DNA of 32,941 nt from Deinococcales bacterium (GCA_031414595.1 JANNVX010000012.1:1-32941); one strand, 5' to 3'; positions 9,023-18,055 are shown, counted from the stretch's first letter. Translations and numbers: made by a program. The notes: generated from the sequence alone by a model not told the origin.

Positions 9023-9161
9023 ACATCCTCCTAGAACAACTCCGAAGATGGAGCTTAGAGCGCATTCTAACTTGTTCAACTGGACAACGCAAAGTGAACA
9101 GATGACACGAGTTTCAAAGACATTTTGCGAAGCAAGAACGATAGCTTGACCGCTTTTTTGG

Positions 9162-9872
9162 TCAAAGGTTGCAGTTGTTCTTTTTTAGACCACTACCTTT
9201 TTTAATAATTTCGGCATCCCTTGGCAATTTACATAAATCAGCTATTTTTAGGCTCAAGTTAGTTTTCCATTCTGGAATTTGAATGTCAAACTGCATCGTG
9301 TTTTTCTCGTCAAAACTCTGGAAACGGTAGACTCGAGCCGGATTATCGAGTACCCAGACCTTAATTCTCGAGTATTCAAAGTCACCTTTTTTCTTCGGGG
9401 TAGCTTCGACCAGCCATGCCTTACCGATTGGGGTAGTGTCGGCTTTGACAGCTTCAAAGTTCAAGTCGGCTTTGGGGAAAGTGGCGTTAAAGTCGTTGAG
9501 TTGGCTGGGGTTAAAGTTAAATCCGCCAACTTCTGTGCCAGTTGTGGATTTGGAAATCGTGACTTGGTTGGTTAAGAATAAGTAATTGTAAACATTTTGG
9601 TTGTCCACAATCAAAATGTTATCGGCAAGCGCATCTGGGGCAACAAATTCGATTCGGGTTAGTTTTTTATCCAGCACACTCGAGATTGCTGCTTCGATTT
9701 TGAGTTTAGTTTTGTCTTGTTCAACTGTGCCAACAATTTTGGCTTTGAAATCCTTGGTGGTTTTTTGGGCAGCATCAAGGCGTTTAATCAAGTCGTCTAT
9801 GCTTGGCGCATTTTGGGCAAAGGCAGTCACGGTCAGGGCAGCCAGTCCAGTTAATAAGGCAATTCGTTTCAT
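9162..9872 (-). CDS. LolA-like outer-membrane lipoprotein carrier/sorting protein
   Basis: Signal peptide; 'RIEFVAPDALADNILIVDNQNVYNYLFLTNQV' resembles Deinococcus/Thermus LolA-like proteins. Leaderless TATGCT 7 nt before ATG. Confidence 0.7.
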   Translation of the reverse strand: MKRIALLTGLAALTVTAFAQNAPSIDDLIKRLDAAQKTTKDFKAKIVGTVEQDKTKLKIEAAISSVLDKKLTRIEFVAPDALADNILIVDNQNVYNYLFLTNQVTISKSTTGTEVGGFNFNPSQLNDFNATFPKADLNFEAVKADTTPIGKAWLVEATPKKKGDFEYSRIKVWVLDNPARVYRFQSFDEKNTMQFDIQIPEWKTNLSLKIADLCKLPRDAEIIKKGSGLKKNNCNL

Positions 9873-9932
9873 GACTTAGAGCATACGGTCTTTGCATGTG
9901 AGTGGCGATGAGCAACGTCCCAAGGGGCGTTA

Positions 9933-10027
9933 AGCCATGCCGTTATCAAGTCTCGAGCCATGCCGTTATTAAGTCTCGAGCCATGCCGCTATCAAGTCTC
10001 GAGCCATGTCGCAGGTTAAGTCTCGAG
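9933..10027. repeat. 23-bp tandem repeat (4 copies), each carrying one CTCGAG, in a divergent intergenic region
   Basis: AGCCATGCCGTTATCAAGTCTCG / AGCCATGCCGTTATTAAGTCTCG / AGCCATGCCGCTATCAAGTCTCG / AGCCATGTCGCAGGTTAAGTCTCGAG. Confidence 0.9.
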
Positions 10028-10104
10028 AATGTCACCTGGGGTGTTTGCTTGAAAGTCCATTAGCGGTATGCTGGTGCGGACTCAAAATTGGAGGGGTCTA
10101 TCCT

Positions 10105-11892
10105 ATGCAAAAACGCTTGTCTAAACTGGCTTTGGCTTTTGGTGTTCTAGGAGTAACTGCGGCGATGGTGGCTGTGGCTGCGCCGCCACCGAGCGCTAAA
10201 AAACAACCGTCTTTTAGTAACATTGGTCTGACCACAGGTAAAGCTGGTGGCACATTAACCCTTGCGATTGGCAGTGCGCCAACCACCTTTATGTACTATG
10301 GTGCAATAGATGGTGCAGCCCAACGCGTGGCGCAACATATGTTTAATGGTTTGATTGAATCAAACCTTGCCACCGCAAAAATCGAACCCGCACTGGCAGA
10401 GTCTTGGACGGTTTCTAACGACGGTAAGGTTTACACTTTTAAGTTGCGTCAGGGTGTCAAATGGCACGATGGGGTGGAGTTTACTGCCGATGATGTGGTC
10501 TTTACCTTCGATCAGATTATTGCCAATAAAGAAGCCCGTGGCGGGGATTTTGCTAATTTCTCGAGTGGTGGCGTGAAATTTAAGTTTGAAAAAGTTGATA
10601 AGTATACCGTCAGGTTCACCCTGCCATTCTCGAGTGGGGCGTTTTTGGTACAAATGCGTACTTTTATCATGCCAAAGCATAAACTGCTTAAATTTACCGA
10701 AGAAGGTGGTGGCAAAGCTGCCGATATTAACGGCGCTTGGGCAACCAATTCTAATCTAAGCGATATTGTTGGTACAGGGGCGTATAAGATAGTCAGTTAC
10801 ACCGCCAATCAAAAAGTGGTACTCGAGAAGAACCCAGATTTCTGGGCAGTCGATTCTAAAGGTGGCGCACTGCCGTACATCAATAAACTCGAGTATTTAG
10901 TGCTGATTGGTCCTGCGGCACAAGAAGCGGCTTTTAAGAATGGGACGCTGGACGCACTCGACATCAGTGGCGCACAATTTCCAGATTACAAAGCCCAAGA
11001 ACGGGCTGGGGCAAAATGGAAAGTCGTTTCGCAATTAGGCGACGCGATTTATGGAAGCCCGCCACATTTGGCATTTAACTTTGTGGCTAAAGATGCAGCG
11101 CTTGCTAAAGTCTTTTCTGATTTGCGTTTCCGCAAAGCCATCAACTTGGCAGTTAATCGTAAACGCATCATTGAAGATGTCTATAACGGCCAGGCACAAT
11201 TGCCCGGTCATATGGGTGTGCCACCTGCTGGGCGTTTTTACAGCGATACCAAGCGTTACTTTGGCGATTTTGATTTGAAAGCCGCCAATGCTGCGTTGGA
11301 TGCAATGGGTTTACGTGACACCGATGGTGATGGTGTGCGGAATATTGGTGTGGGTAAGCAACTCGAGTTTAGTTTGACTTATGGTACGGACTCGACTATT
11401 TGGGTACCGCTTGCCAACATCTTCCAGGCCGATTTTAAGAGTGTTGGGGTTAAAGTTAACCTTAGAGGGGTTCTCTCGAGTACGCTTTTAGGAACTGGTT
11501 TAGGTTCAGATTGGGAAGCGATTTTTGTTGCCTTAGGTGACCAACCAGACCCAGAATTGCGTAAACCAATCTGGCAACCCGGCGGCAGTTTGTACTACTG
11601 GAATCAAGCCACTAAACCACTTGTAGCTGGTGGTGCGCCAAACTTTGCCAAGATGACCACTTGGGAAAAGCGTCTCTGGGAAATTTTTGACAAAGGTACA
11701 AAGTCGGCTAATCAAAATGAGCGTTTAGCCCTCTACCAAGAAGGTCAAAACATCTTAGCCCAGTACATGCCAGTGCTTATGATTGCCAAGCCAGCCAACA
11801 TTACAGTTGTGCGTGACACACTGTCTAATTTCGTCTACAACCTCGGCGTGATTCCGGGTTACAACCCAGTCCCATTCTTCTTTTTTAAGTAA
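10105..11892 (+). CDS. ABC transporter substrate-binding protein, family 5 (OppA/DppA-like)
   Basis: PALAESWTVSNDGKVYTFKLRQGVKWHDGVEFTADDVVFTF signature, VGTGAYK and FRKAINLAVNR. GGAGG RBS before ATG 10105. Confidence 0.92.
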   Translation: MQKRLSKLALAFGVLGVTAAMVAVAAPPPSAKKQPSFSNIGLTTGKAGGTLTLAIGSAPTTFMYYGAIDGAAQRVAQHMFNGLIESNLATAKIEPALAESWTVSNDGKVYTFKLRQGVKWHDGVEFTADDVVFTFDQIIANKEARGGDFANFSSGGVKFKFEKVDKYTVRFTLPFSSGAFLVQMRTFIMPKHKLLKFTEEGGGKAADINGAWATNSNLSDIVGTGAYKIVSYTANQKVVLEKNPDFWAVDSKGGALPYINKLEYLVLIGPAAQEAAFKNGTLDALDISGAQFPDYKAQERAGAKWKVVSQLGDAIYGSPPHLAFNFVAKDAALAKVFSDLRFRKAINLAVNRKRIIEDVYNGQAQLPGHMGVPPAGRFYSDTKRYFGDFDLKAANAALDAMGLRDTDGDGVRNIGVGKQLEFSLTYGTDSTIWVPLANIFQADFKSVGVKVNLRGVLSSTLLGTGLGSDWEAIFVALGDQPDPELRKPIWQPGGSLYYWNQATKPLVAGGAPNFAKMTTWEKRLWEIFDKGTKSANQNERLALYQEGQNILAQYMPVLMIAKPANITVVRDTLSNFVYNLGVIPGYNPVPFFFFK

Positions 11893-11904
11893 CAATGTAG
11901 CTCG

Positions 11905-11932
11905 AGCCTCCTGCTTAAAATAGGAGGCTTTT
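11905..11932 (+). terminator. Rho-independent terminator
   Basis: AGCCTCCT...AGGAGGCT stem followed by TTT. Confidence 0.75.
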
Positions 11933-11940
11933 GCCACAAA

Positions 11941-11962
11941 TTTGACACAGATTTTAGTCAAA
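11941..11962. promoter_or_regulatory. TTGACA -35 hexamer embedded in inverted repeat TTTGAC-N10-GTCAAA (candidate operator)
   Basis: Seen directly upstream of the second family-5 SBP gene; the -10 is weak (TACGCA). Confidence 0.4.
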
Positions 11963-12052
11963 ATGTACGCATTACAAAAGATACCAACCGAGGCGGTTAA
12001 ACGCTTCGACTTCTTTTGTTATCGCCCACATGGGCAGTCTCTTGGAGGAGAT

Positions 12053-13876
12053 ATGAATAAAAAGTTACTCGCAGCATTCGGAGTTTTAGCCCTGTCAAGC
12101 GCAGCTTTGGCAGGACCAGTCGGCAATAGCCTTATTTTGGGGACAACCCAACAACCCACCGCCCTTGACCCATTTGTTAATAACCAAGCCATCAGTGCCG
12201 AAGTCAACTCTTGGTTGCATGGTGGTCTGGCATACTTTGGCTTTGATGGCGAACTGAAAGCCGACCTTGCCGCCGAAGTCCCAACCGAAGCCAACGGTGG
12301 GGTCAAACTGACCAAGAACGCCCAAGGCGACGTGACTGCCCAAACGATTCGTTGGAATTTACGCAACGGTATCAAATGGTCAGATGGTCGTCCTGTCACC
12401 AGTGCCGATTTTAAGCTGGCATATGATATTTTCGGCGATGAACGCCTTCCAGTCTCGAGCCGTGACAATTACCCTAAAACCTTCAAAGTTTTAGATGACA
12501 ATAGCTTTGAATTGACCTACGACCCACCATACTTGTTTGCGGTAGCAGCCCCTAGTTTTGTTCAAAATTACACCCCACCAGCCCATGTGGTACGCCCAAT
12601 CTGGGAACGCGCCAAAGCATTAAGTGCGGGTAAGAGCAAAGAACAACAAATCGAAATCATGCAAAAAGAATTTTTAGCCAATAAATTCTTTACTGCCGCC
12701 GGCGGACCGGCGGTGACCAGTGGCGCATTTAAGTTTCAAAGCTGGGCGCGAGACCAAAGCTGGACATTGGTGCGTAACCCCAATTACTGGAATAACAATC
12801 CAACTGGGGTTGACCGTGTGATTTACCGCTTCTTCTCCAAAACCGAAACCCTGCAAGTCAATGTCTTAGCTGGACAAGTGGATGCCACCTCGAGCGTTGG
12901 CTTAACTGCCAGTGCGACCACCGTTAAAACCCTCAAAGATGCAGCCAAAGGCGTTTACGATGTCTTTACACCAAAAGCTGCCCTTTGGGAACACTGGGAC
13001 ATTAACCAATTTGATGAAACCGTACCAGAAGTCGCCGACCTGCAACTCCAAGATAAGCGCACCCGCCAAGCCTTGTTGTATGCCTTAGACCGCGAAACTG
13101 TGGCTCAGGACTTGCGTGGTGGCACTGCCAAACCAACCAATAACTTTGTCAACAGCGTGGCTAGTGTTTACTCCGAAGCTGGTTTAACCAAGTACAATTA
13201 CAACCCAGAACGCAGCAAGCAACTTCTGGCTGCCTTGGGTTGGAAAGCTGGTTCGGACGGAATTTTAGAACGCAGTGTTGGCGGACGCACCGTTAAATTT
13301 GTTCTCGAGTACGTGACCACCGCCGGTAATGCTGTCCGTGAACGCGACCAACAATTCTACCAAGAGAACCTGAAAAAAGTTGGAATTGCGGTGCGTTTTA
13401 ACAATGCACCATCCAGCGTGGTTTTTGATGATGCTTTCATTGCCCAAGCCAGCACAGGCAAATGGAAAGGTGTCTTTCAATTTGCGTATGTACAATCGCC
13501 AATTGTCGAAGACCTCAGCTTGTACTACTGCGAAGATGCCAGCAGCAAGACTGTTAAAGACAACGTACCAACTGCCGCCAACGGCTTTGCTGGTCAAAAC
13601 ATCGGTGGTTGGTGCAACGCTGCTTACGACAAGCTCTGGGACCAAGCTCGCCGCGAATTTAACACCACAGACCGCAAGAAGATTTTAGCCGAAGCCCAAA
13701 AAATCTGGAATGAAGAACTCCCAGCCATTCCATTGTACGAACGCACCGACCTCTACACTGCCCGCAAAGGCTTAAAGAACTACACCTGGAATGCTGCCAC
13801 CCGTTACCCAAGCGCCCTGGCTTGGCAAATTGGATGGGAACAAAAAGGTCAAAAAGAAATCCAACCGATGAAATAA
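12053..13876 (+). CDS. Peptide ABC transporter substrate-binding protein, family 5 (Thermus/Deinococcus OppA-like)
   Basis: LAAEVPTEANGG, LRNGIKWSDGRPVTSADF, RTRQALLYALDRE and ELPAIPLY motifs. GGAGGAG RBS before ATG 12053. Confidence 0.92.
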   Translation: MNKKLLAAFGVLALSSAALAGPVGNSLILGTTQQPTALDPFVNNQAISAEVNSWLHGGLAYFGFDGELKADLAAEVPTEANGGVKLTKNAQGDVTAQTIRWNLRNGIKWSDGRPVTSADFKLAYDIFGDERLPVSSRDNYPKTFKVLDDNSFELTYDPPYLFAVAAPSFVQNYTPPAHVVRPIWERAKALSAGKSKEQQIEIMQKEFLANKFFTAAGGPAVTSGAFKFQSWARDQSWTLVRNPNYWNNNPTGVDRVIYRFFSKTETLQVNVLAGQVDATSSVGLTASATTVKTLKDAAKGVYDVFTPKAALWEHWDINQFDETVPEVADLQLQDKRTRQALLYALDRETVAQDLRGGTAKPTNNFVNSVASVYSEAGLTKYNYNPERSKQLLAALGWKAGSDGILERSVGGRTVKFVLEYVTTAGNAVRERDQQFYQENLKKVGIAVRFNNAPSSVVFDDAFIAQASTGKWKGVFQFAYVQSPIVEDLSLYYCEDASSKTVKDNVPTAANGFAGQNIGGWCNAAYDKLWDQARREFNTTDRKKILAEAQKIWNEELPAIPLYERTDLYTARKGLKNYTWNAATRYPSALAWQIGWEQKGQKEIQPMK

Positions 13877-13887
13877 TGAAGTCCAAG

Positions 13888-13917
13888 GAAAAAGGCAGCT
13901 TAATGGCTGCCTTTTTC
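13888..13917. terminator. Bidirectional rho-independent terminator between convergent genes
   Basis: GAAAAAGGCAGC-ttaatg-GCTGCCTTTTTC. Confidence 0.88.
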
Positions 13918-13936
13918 TATTCTCGAGCCTCATCGC

Positions 13937-14374
13937 TCATTTAGGCTTAAATGCGTCCACGCCACCCATTTTCTTTAAGTCGGCCGTTAAAACCGCGACG
14001 GTCTTGGTTGGTTTGCTGGTCGCATCACCCGGTAAGGTCTTTGCCACAATCTCGAGAACATCCGAGAATTTATCGCCATCCGAGTCTTTATTTGCTTTTA
14101 AGGTTTGGTACAAAGCATCACCGATATTGCGTTTAGAAGTTCCAAAGTATAAACCACGAATTTCTTGACCAAATTTATTCCAACTGCCACCACCACTCGG
14201 GCTGGTATGACAATAAATACAACCAATTTCGCCTTTGCCATCGGCGCTGATTAGCTTAAATTGGCTCTGAGCCGCAATTCGGTAACTGTTTTTGGCACTG
14301 GCATATGGGGATAACACCAGAGCAGCAAGGGCGAGTGATCCAAGACCGAGAAGATGTGCAGGTTTCAATTTCAT
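13937..14374 (-). CDS. Secreted putative monoheme c-type cytochrome with a TSP3-like Ca-binding motif
   Basis: Signal peptide, single CxxCH (CIYCH), DSDGDKFSDVLE...LPGD motif, GGAGG RBS. Confidence 0.65.
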   Translation of the reverse strand: MKLKPAHLLGLGSLALAALVLSPYASAKNSYRIAAQSQFKLISADGKGEIGCIYCHTSPSGGGSWNKFGQEIRGLYFGTSKRNIGDALYQTLKANKDSDGDKFSDVLEIVAKTLPGDATSKPTKTVAVLTADLKKMGGVDAFKPK

Positions 14375-14471
14375 TTGGAAGAACCTCCAAGAAACAGTTT
14401 ATCAGGACAAATGTATGTGTGCATGAAAATTTCTCGAGCCAAGTCTTTAACATTATTGGAAGAGTAGAACC

Positions 14472-14624
14472 CCTCCCCTCCGGCGCGTCGCTTCGCTCCT
14501 AGCCACCTCCCCAAATGCCTAGGCATTTGGGTGAGGCTTTTCAAGGCTTTTAGCATTTGCCTTGAAAAGCCTCGCCCAACGGTGACGTTGGGGAGGTGGC
14601 GAGCGAAGCGAGACGGAGGGGAGG
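14472..14624. repeat. REP-like inverted doublet (two about 70-bp GC-rich palindromic units head-to-head)
   Basis: Left CCTCCCCTCCG..TCGCTTCGCTC..GCCACCTCCCCAA..TTGGGTGAGGCTTTTCAAGGC; right GCCTTGAAAAGCCTCGCCCAA..TTGGGGAGGTGGCGAGCGAAGCGA..CGGAGGGGAGG. Perfect 15-bp inner stem 14533-14547/14559-14573; each unit has its own internal hairpin. Confidence 0.85.
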
Positions 14625-14629
14625 AGGTT

Positions 14630-14971
14630 TTAGCCCCGCTTCATGCCCAATGCTTCTAAAGCCAACACAACCGCCCTAAGCTCTTCGAGAACAACCCGAT
14701 TTTCAAAGCGCATGACCTTAACCCCGTGCTTCTCGAGAATTTCCGTTCGAGCTTCATCTTTTGCCATGCCTTCTGGGGTGTAATGGTGTGCGCCATCCAA
14801 TTCAATACCCAAGTGCAGTTTGGCGCAATAAAAATCGAGGATGAATCCTGCCAGAACATGTTGTCGCCGTACTTTGGGGGTGCAGTAACGCAGGTGTTCG
14901 TACCAGAGGTGTTGTTCGGCTCGAGTGGGGTTTTTGCGTAAGTCCCGAGCTAAGGGCGTGAGGTTTGGCAT
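14630..14971 (-). CDS. DUF559 endonuclease-domain (Vsr-like) protein
   Basis: ARDLRKNPTRAEQHLW, RRQH, ILDFYC, IELDGAHH and DEARTEILEKHGVKVMRFEN signature. Confidence 0.92.
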   Translation of the reverse strand: MPNLTPLARDLRKNPTRAEQHLWYEHLRYCTPKVRRQHVLAGFILDFYCAKLHLGIELDGAHHYTPEGMAKDEARTEILEKHGVKVMRFENRVVLEELRAVVLALEALGMKRG

Positions 14972-14977
14972 AAGTCT

Positions 14978-15778
14978 TTAAGTTAAAGGGTCTGGGCGAC
15001 GACTCAATAAACCTTCACGAATAAAAACTTCTACGACCGACTCGAGTGTCCCTGCATCGCGCTCCAAGGTACTGGCAATCTCGAGTGGGGTTTTGCCTCG
15101 TCCTAGAAGCGTCAGCACCTCGAGGGCTGGCTTACCATGGGCTGCCCTTGCTCGGTTATAGGTGTCGGTAATGGGATTAACGGCATCGCGTCCCCGTAGC
15201 GTTAGCACATAGCGTTCCGAAGCCCAAGCGCCAATCACTCGAGGCAGGGTTAAGGATTTGGGACGCAGGGCGGCAGGATACGCCCCCGTTTCACGACTTC
15301 CTATTTGTACCCGTCCAAACGCCTCACCATCTGCCATAAATGCCAAGTAGCCATTGCCCATTGCCCGTGAACCTGTAAAACCATCCGACGGCTGCACCCG
15401 CCACGGACGATCCTGCAAGCCCGATAAGGCATGAGCCACCCGCCGCTCGAGAATCAGTGCCTCGAGCAGCAGCCCTTCGGAGTAAGTGCGTGAAAACTCG
15501 AGCAATGCCGCATCTGACCACAATAAATCCTCGCCCTTGACTGCACAAGCATTGACAATTTTACCTTCAAAAAACAGTGCCACTGCCGATTCAAGCACCA
15601 ACGCCCCATCAAAACCACTTTTCTCGAGGTAAGCACAAAGTTTTGGTAATTCGGCAAAACTATGATGTAAGCCAAAACCAAGGCGCTGACCACTTGGCAA
15701 AGCATTTAACAAAGGTAACGTTGCGTCTGGGAAGGCACGTTCGAGAATGGGAGTGGCTTTGCTGCGTTCCTGCGCCAT
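14978..15778 (-). CDS. Hypothetical protein, possible C-terminal winged helix
   Basis: Long ORF with host-like codon use; start moved to MAQERS to avoid overlap. C-terminal 'GKTPLEIASTLERDAGTLESVVEVFIREGLL' is wHTH-like. Confidence 0.65.
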   Translation of the reverse strand: MAQERSKATPILERAFPDATLPLLNALPSGQRLGFGLHHSFAELPKLCAYLEKSGFDGALVLESAVALFFEGKIVNACAVKGEDLLWSDAALLEFSRTYSEGLLLEALILERRVAHALSGLQDRPWRVQPSDGFTGSRAMGNGYLAFMADGEAFGRVQIGSRETGAYPAALRPKSLTLPRVIGAWASERYVLTLRGRDAVNPITDTYNRARAAHGKPALEVLTLLGRGKTPLEIASTLERDAGTLESVVEVFIREGLLSRRPDPLT

Positions 15779-15806
15779 ACCTTGTATTCTTGCACAGATT
15801 TGGTAC

Positions 15807-16601
15807 TTAGAACATTGTTTTGATCGGGAACTGGGAAATAGCAACTCGAGTCCCACCAAGAGCAAAAATTTCTTCGGTTAAAACTTGGCTCGAGGTCTGG
15901 CTACGGAGTTCAGGCAAGAGTTTATCTATGCCGCTTCCCAGATGGCTCTGGCTTTGATGTGCCAGAATCGCGGCTCGTTTCTGTTCAACAACTGGGCTGG
16001 TGTCCAAGGTCAGAATTGGGTCTGGTAGGGCGTATTCGTCTAGGTCAAAGTCTCCAAAACCAGCTTGATTAAACCGCTCAAGCATGGCGCGGCTGGGCAT
16101 GATGTAAAAAAGTTTTTGTGGGGCTTTTATTAAACTGGCACTTGAGAAAAATGCAGCGTTGACAATTTGGTGGGTGGCAATGTGGTCTGGGTGTCCGTAA
16201 TAGCCACGCGGGTCAAAGGTGACAATGGCATCGGGTTTGGTTTTTTCTATGACGCTTCTAACCTCTCGAGCCACGGCAAAAATATCCGCATCCACAAGGC
16301 GATTCTTGAAGCCACTGGGTTGACGAAAACCACTGTCGTGATACTCGAGAAAACGCGGTGGTTGTGTGCCTAGAATCTGACAAGCAGTTTGTAACTCGAG
16401 TTGACGCAGTTCTGGAATAGTTTTTTTGCCTAAAATAGCTGGCGGGACTGTACCCGCTTCGCCTTTGGTTAAACACAACACTTGGGTTCGCACGCCTTGG
16501 CTGGCAAGCAGCGCGAGGCTTCCACCACAGCAAAAACTCTCATCATCGGGATGGGCAAAAACGGCGAGTAGGGTTCTCGGCTCGAGTATTGTGGACTTCA
16601 T
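15807..16601 (-). CDS. PIG-L/LmbE-family deacetylase (MshB/BshB-like)
   Basis: VFAHPDDES, LTKGEAG, TFDPRGYYGHPDH and AILAHQSQ motifs. TATACT -10 lies 8 nt before ATG 16601. Confidence 0.9.
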   Translation of the reverse strand: MKSTILEPRTLLAVFAHPDDESFCCGGSLALLASQGVRTQVLCLTKGEAGTVPPAILGKKTIPELRQLELQTACQILGTQPPRFLEYHDSGFRQPSGFKNRLVDADIFAVAREVRSVIEKTKPDAIVTFDPRGYYGHPDHIATHQIVNAAFFSSASLIKAPQKLFYIMPSRAMLERFNQAGFGDFDLDEYALPDPILTLDTSPVVEQKRAAILAHQSQSHLGSGIDKLLPELRSQTSSQVLTEEIFALGGTRVAISQFPIKTMF

Positions 16602-16669
16602 GTACACGAAGTATAACGCGGCGTATAATCTGCAAACGAGCAATTCAAAAACTGTTCGAGGAGGCTTGT

Positions 16670-17941
16670 GTGAAAAAACGATACGCAGTTGGTTTGGTGG
16701 CATTAAGTGCGGCATTGGCAATGGGTGTGAGCGCTCAGGGTGGTAAAACCCAAGTGTTGTACTGGCAGTATGTGTTTGCCAGTAAAGTCACTTTTGTGGA
16801 TGAACTGATTGCCGAATTTAATAAGGCAAACCCCGACATCGAAGTCAAACAAGAAAATTTTCCGTTTGATAGTTACATCGCTAAAGTGAAAAGTGCGGTT
16901 GGCGCGGGTCAGGGACCTGACGTGGCAAACCTTTTTTATGGTTGGCTTCCAGACTGGGTAGCTGGTGGCTACTTACAACCACTGCCAAGCAATTCCTTTA
17001 ATGCCAAAGCACTCGAGGCGAGTGTTGGACCACTTTTTAAGGCGGGAAAAGTCAATAATCAATACTGGGCAGTCCCTACCGCCGTGCGTACCTTAGCGAT
17101 TTTTTACAACAAGGATTTGTTCAAAGCGGCGGGCATTAACACCATCCCGCGAACTTGGGCAGAACTCGAGGCGGCTGGTAAGAAAATTCAGAAAATCGAA
17201 AATGGCAAAACCACAGTTGCGGGTATTGCGATTCAACCCGAAGGACAAGACCATCACTTGTTCCGCGAAGTCCTAAGTCGTCAATGGGGTGGTAAACCAT
17301 ACACCGGCGACTTCAAAGAAATTACTTATGACAGCGCTGCCGGACTCGAGGCGTTCAAATGGTACACTGGACTCATCGAACGCGGCGCTGCCACACGAGG
17401 CTTAGACATGCTGCCCGGTTCAGGCAATGCTTACCGCGATACTTTTATTTCGGGTAAAGCTGGCATGATTGTAGATGGTTCATTTGCGATAGGTGGAATC
17501 CGTAGCGGTGCAAAATTCAACTGGGGCGTGTTCCCCTTGCCAACCAAAGACCTTGGCGGTTTACGCGCTAACTTTGGTTCGTACTGGGTGCATGGTTTAA
17601 CCCCCAATGCCAAAGGTCCAAAACTCGAAGCCAGTATCAAATGGATGAAATTCCTAACTTCCGAAAATGTCCAACGCCGTTGGTTACAAAAAGTTGGGGA
17701 AATCCCAGCCGATTCCACCCTGTCCAGCGACAAAGCCCTACGTAACGACCCAGTGTTTGGACCATTTATCAGTAGTTTGCCCTTTGCTCGAGCCACTTTC
17801 TTTGTAGACGAAGCTGGTCAACGTAAAGCCCTGTCTGATGCGATGAGCAGTGTTTGGCTGACCAAAACCAGTCCAGCCGATGCCTTAAAATCAGCGGCGG
17901 CTGGTGAACAAAAATTACTGAACTTATTTTTTAAGAAGTAA
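16670..17941 (+). CDS. Carbohydrate ABC transporter substrate-binding protein, family 1
   Basis: EFNKANPDIEV, GQGPDV, LAIFYNKDLFKAAGI.TIPRTWAEL and FISGKAGMIVDG motifs. GAGGAGG RBS before GTG 16670. Confidence 0.92.
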   Translation: MKKRYAVGLVALSAALAMGVSAQGGKTQVLYWQYVFASKVTFVDELIAEFNKANPDIEVKQENFPFDSYIAKVKSAVGAGQGPDVANLFYGWLPDWVAGGYLQPLPSNSFNAKALEASVGPLFKAGKVNNQYWAVPTAVRTLAIFYNKDLFKAAGINTIPRTWAELEAAGKKIQKIENGKTTVAGIAIQPEGQDHHLFREVLSRQWGGKPYTGDFKEITYDSAAGLEAFKWYTGLIERGAATRGLDMLPGSGNAYRDTFISGKAGMIVDGSFAIGGIRSGAKFNWGVFPLPTKDLGGLRANFGSYWVHGLTPNAKGPKLEASIKWMKFLTSENVQRRWLQKVGEIPADSTLSSDKALRNDPVFGPFISSLPFARATFFVDEAGQRKALSDAMSSVWLTKTSPADALKSAAAGEQKLLNLFFKK

Positions 17942-18055
17942 GCGTTTATCTCGAGATTTTTTGGACTTGTAAACTCTGAACATTTAGGATGATCCCACGC
18001 CAGTTTAAGCCATTTCTCGAGCCGATTGATTGCAGACGGGCTGTACCCTACCAAG

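Noticed and set aside
9023-9161. Purine riboswitch upstream of the BMP nucleoside-binding gene
   Set aside because: Only short hairpins (e.g. TTAGA-N6-TCTAA) are present; the conserved purine aptamer core was not found.
9933-10027. Possible mini-CRISPR arrays (also 5122-5203 and 3562-3620)
   Set aside because: Units are directly adjacent with no unique spacers, and no cas genes are in the window.
10006-10104. ORF-track N-terminal extensions (also at 3575, 9079, 11942, 15865, 16589, 16721, 26103, 28003, 30836, 31496, 31755)
   Set aside because: They run through repeats, promoters or neighbouring genes; downstream starts have an RBS, a leaderless -10 box, or coincide with signal peptides or family N-termini.
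14256-14556. Short ORFs over the REP-like element and cytochrome promoter, and the many antisense/overlapping ORFs in the track
   Set aside because: No recognisable motifs; they are shadows of real genes or translations of repeats.
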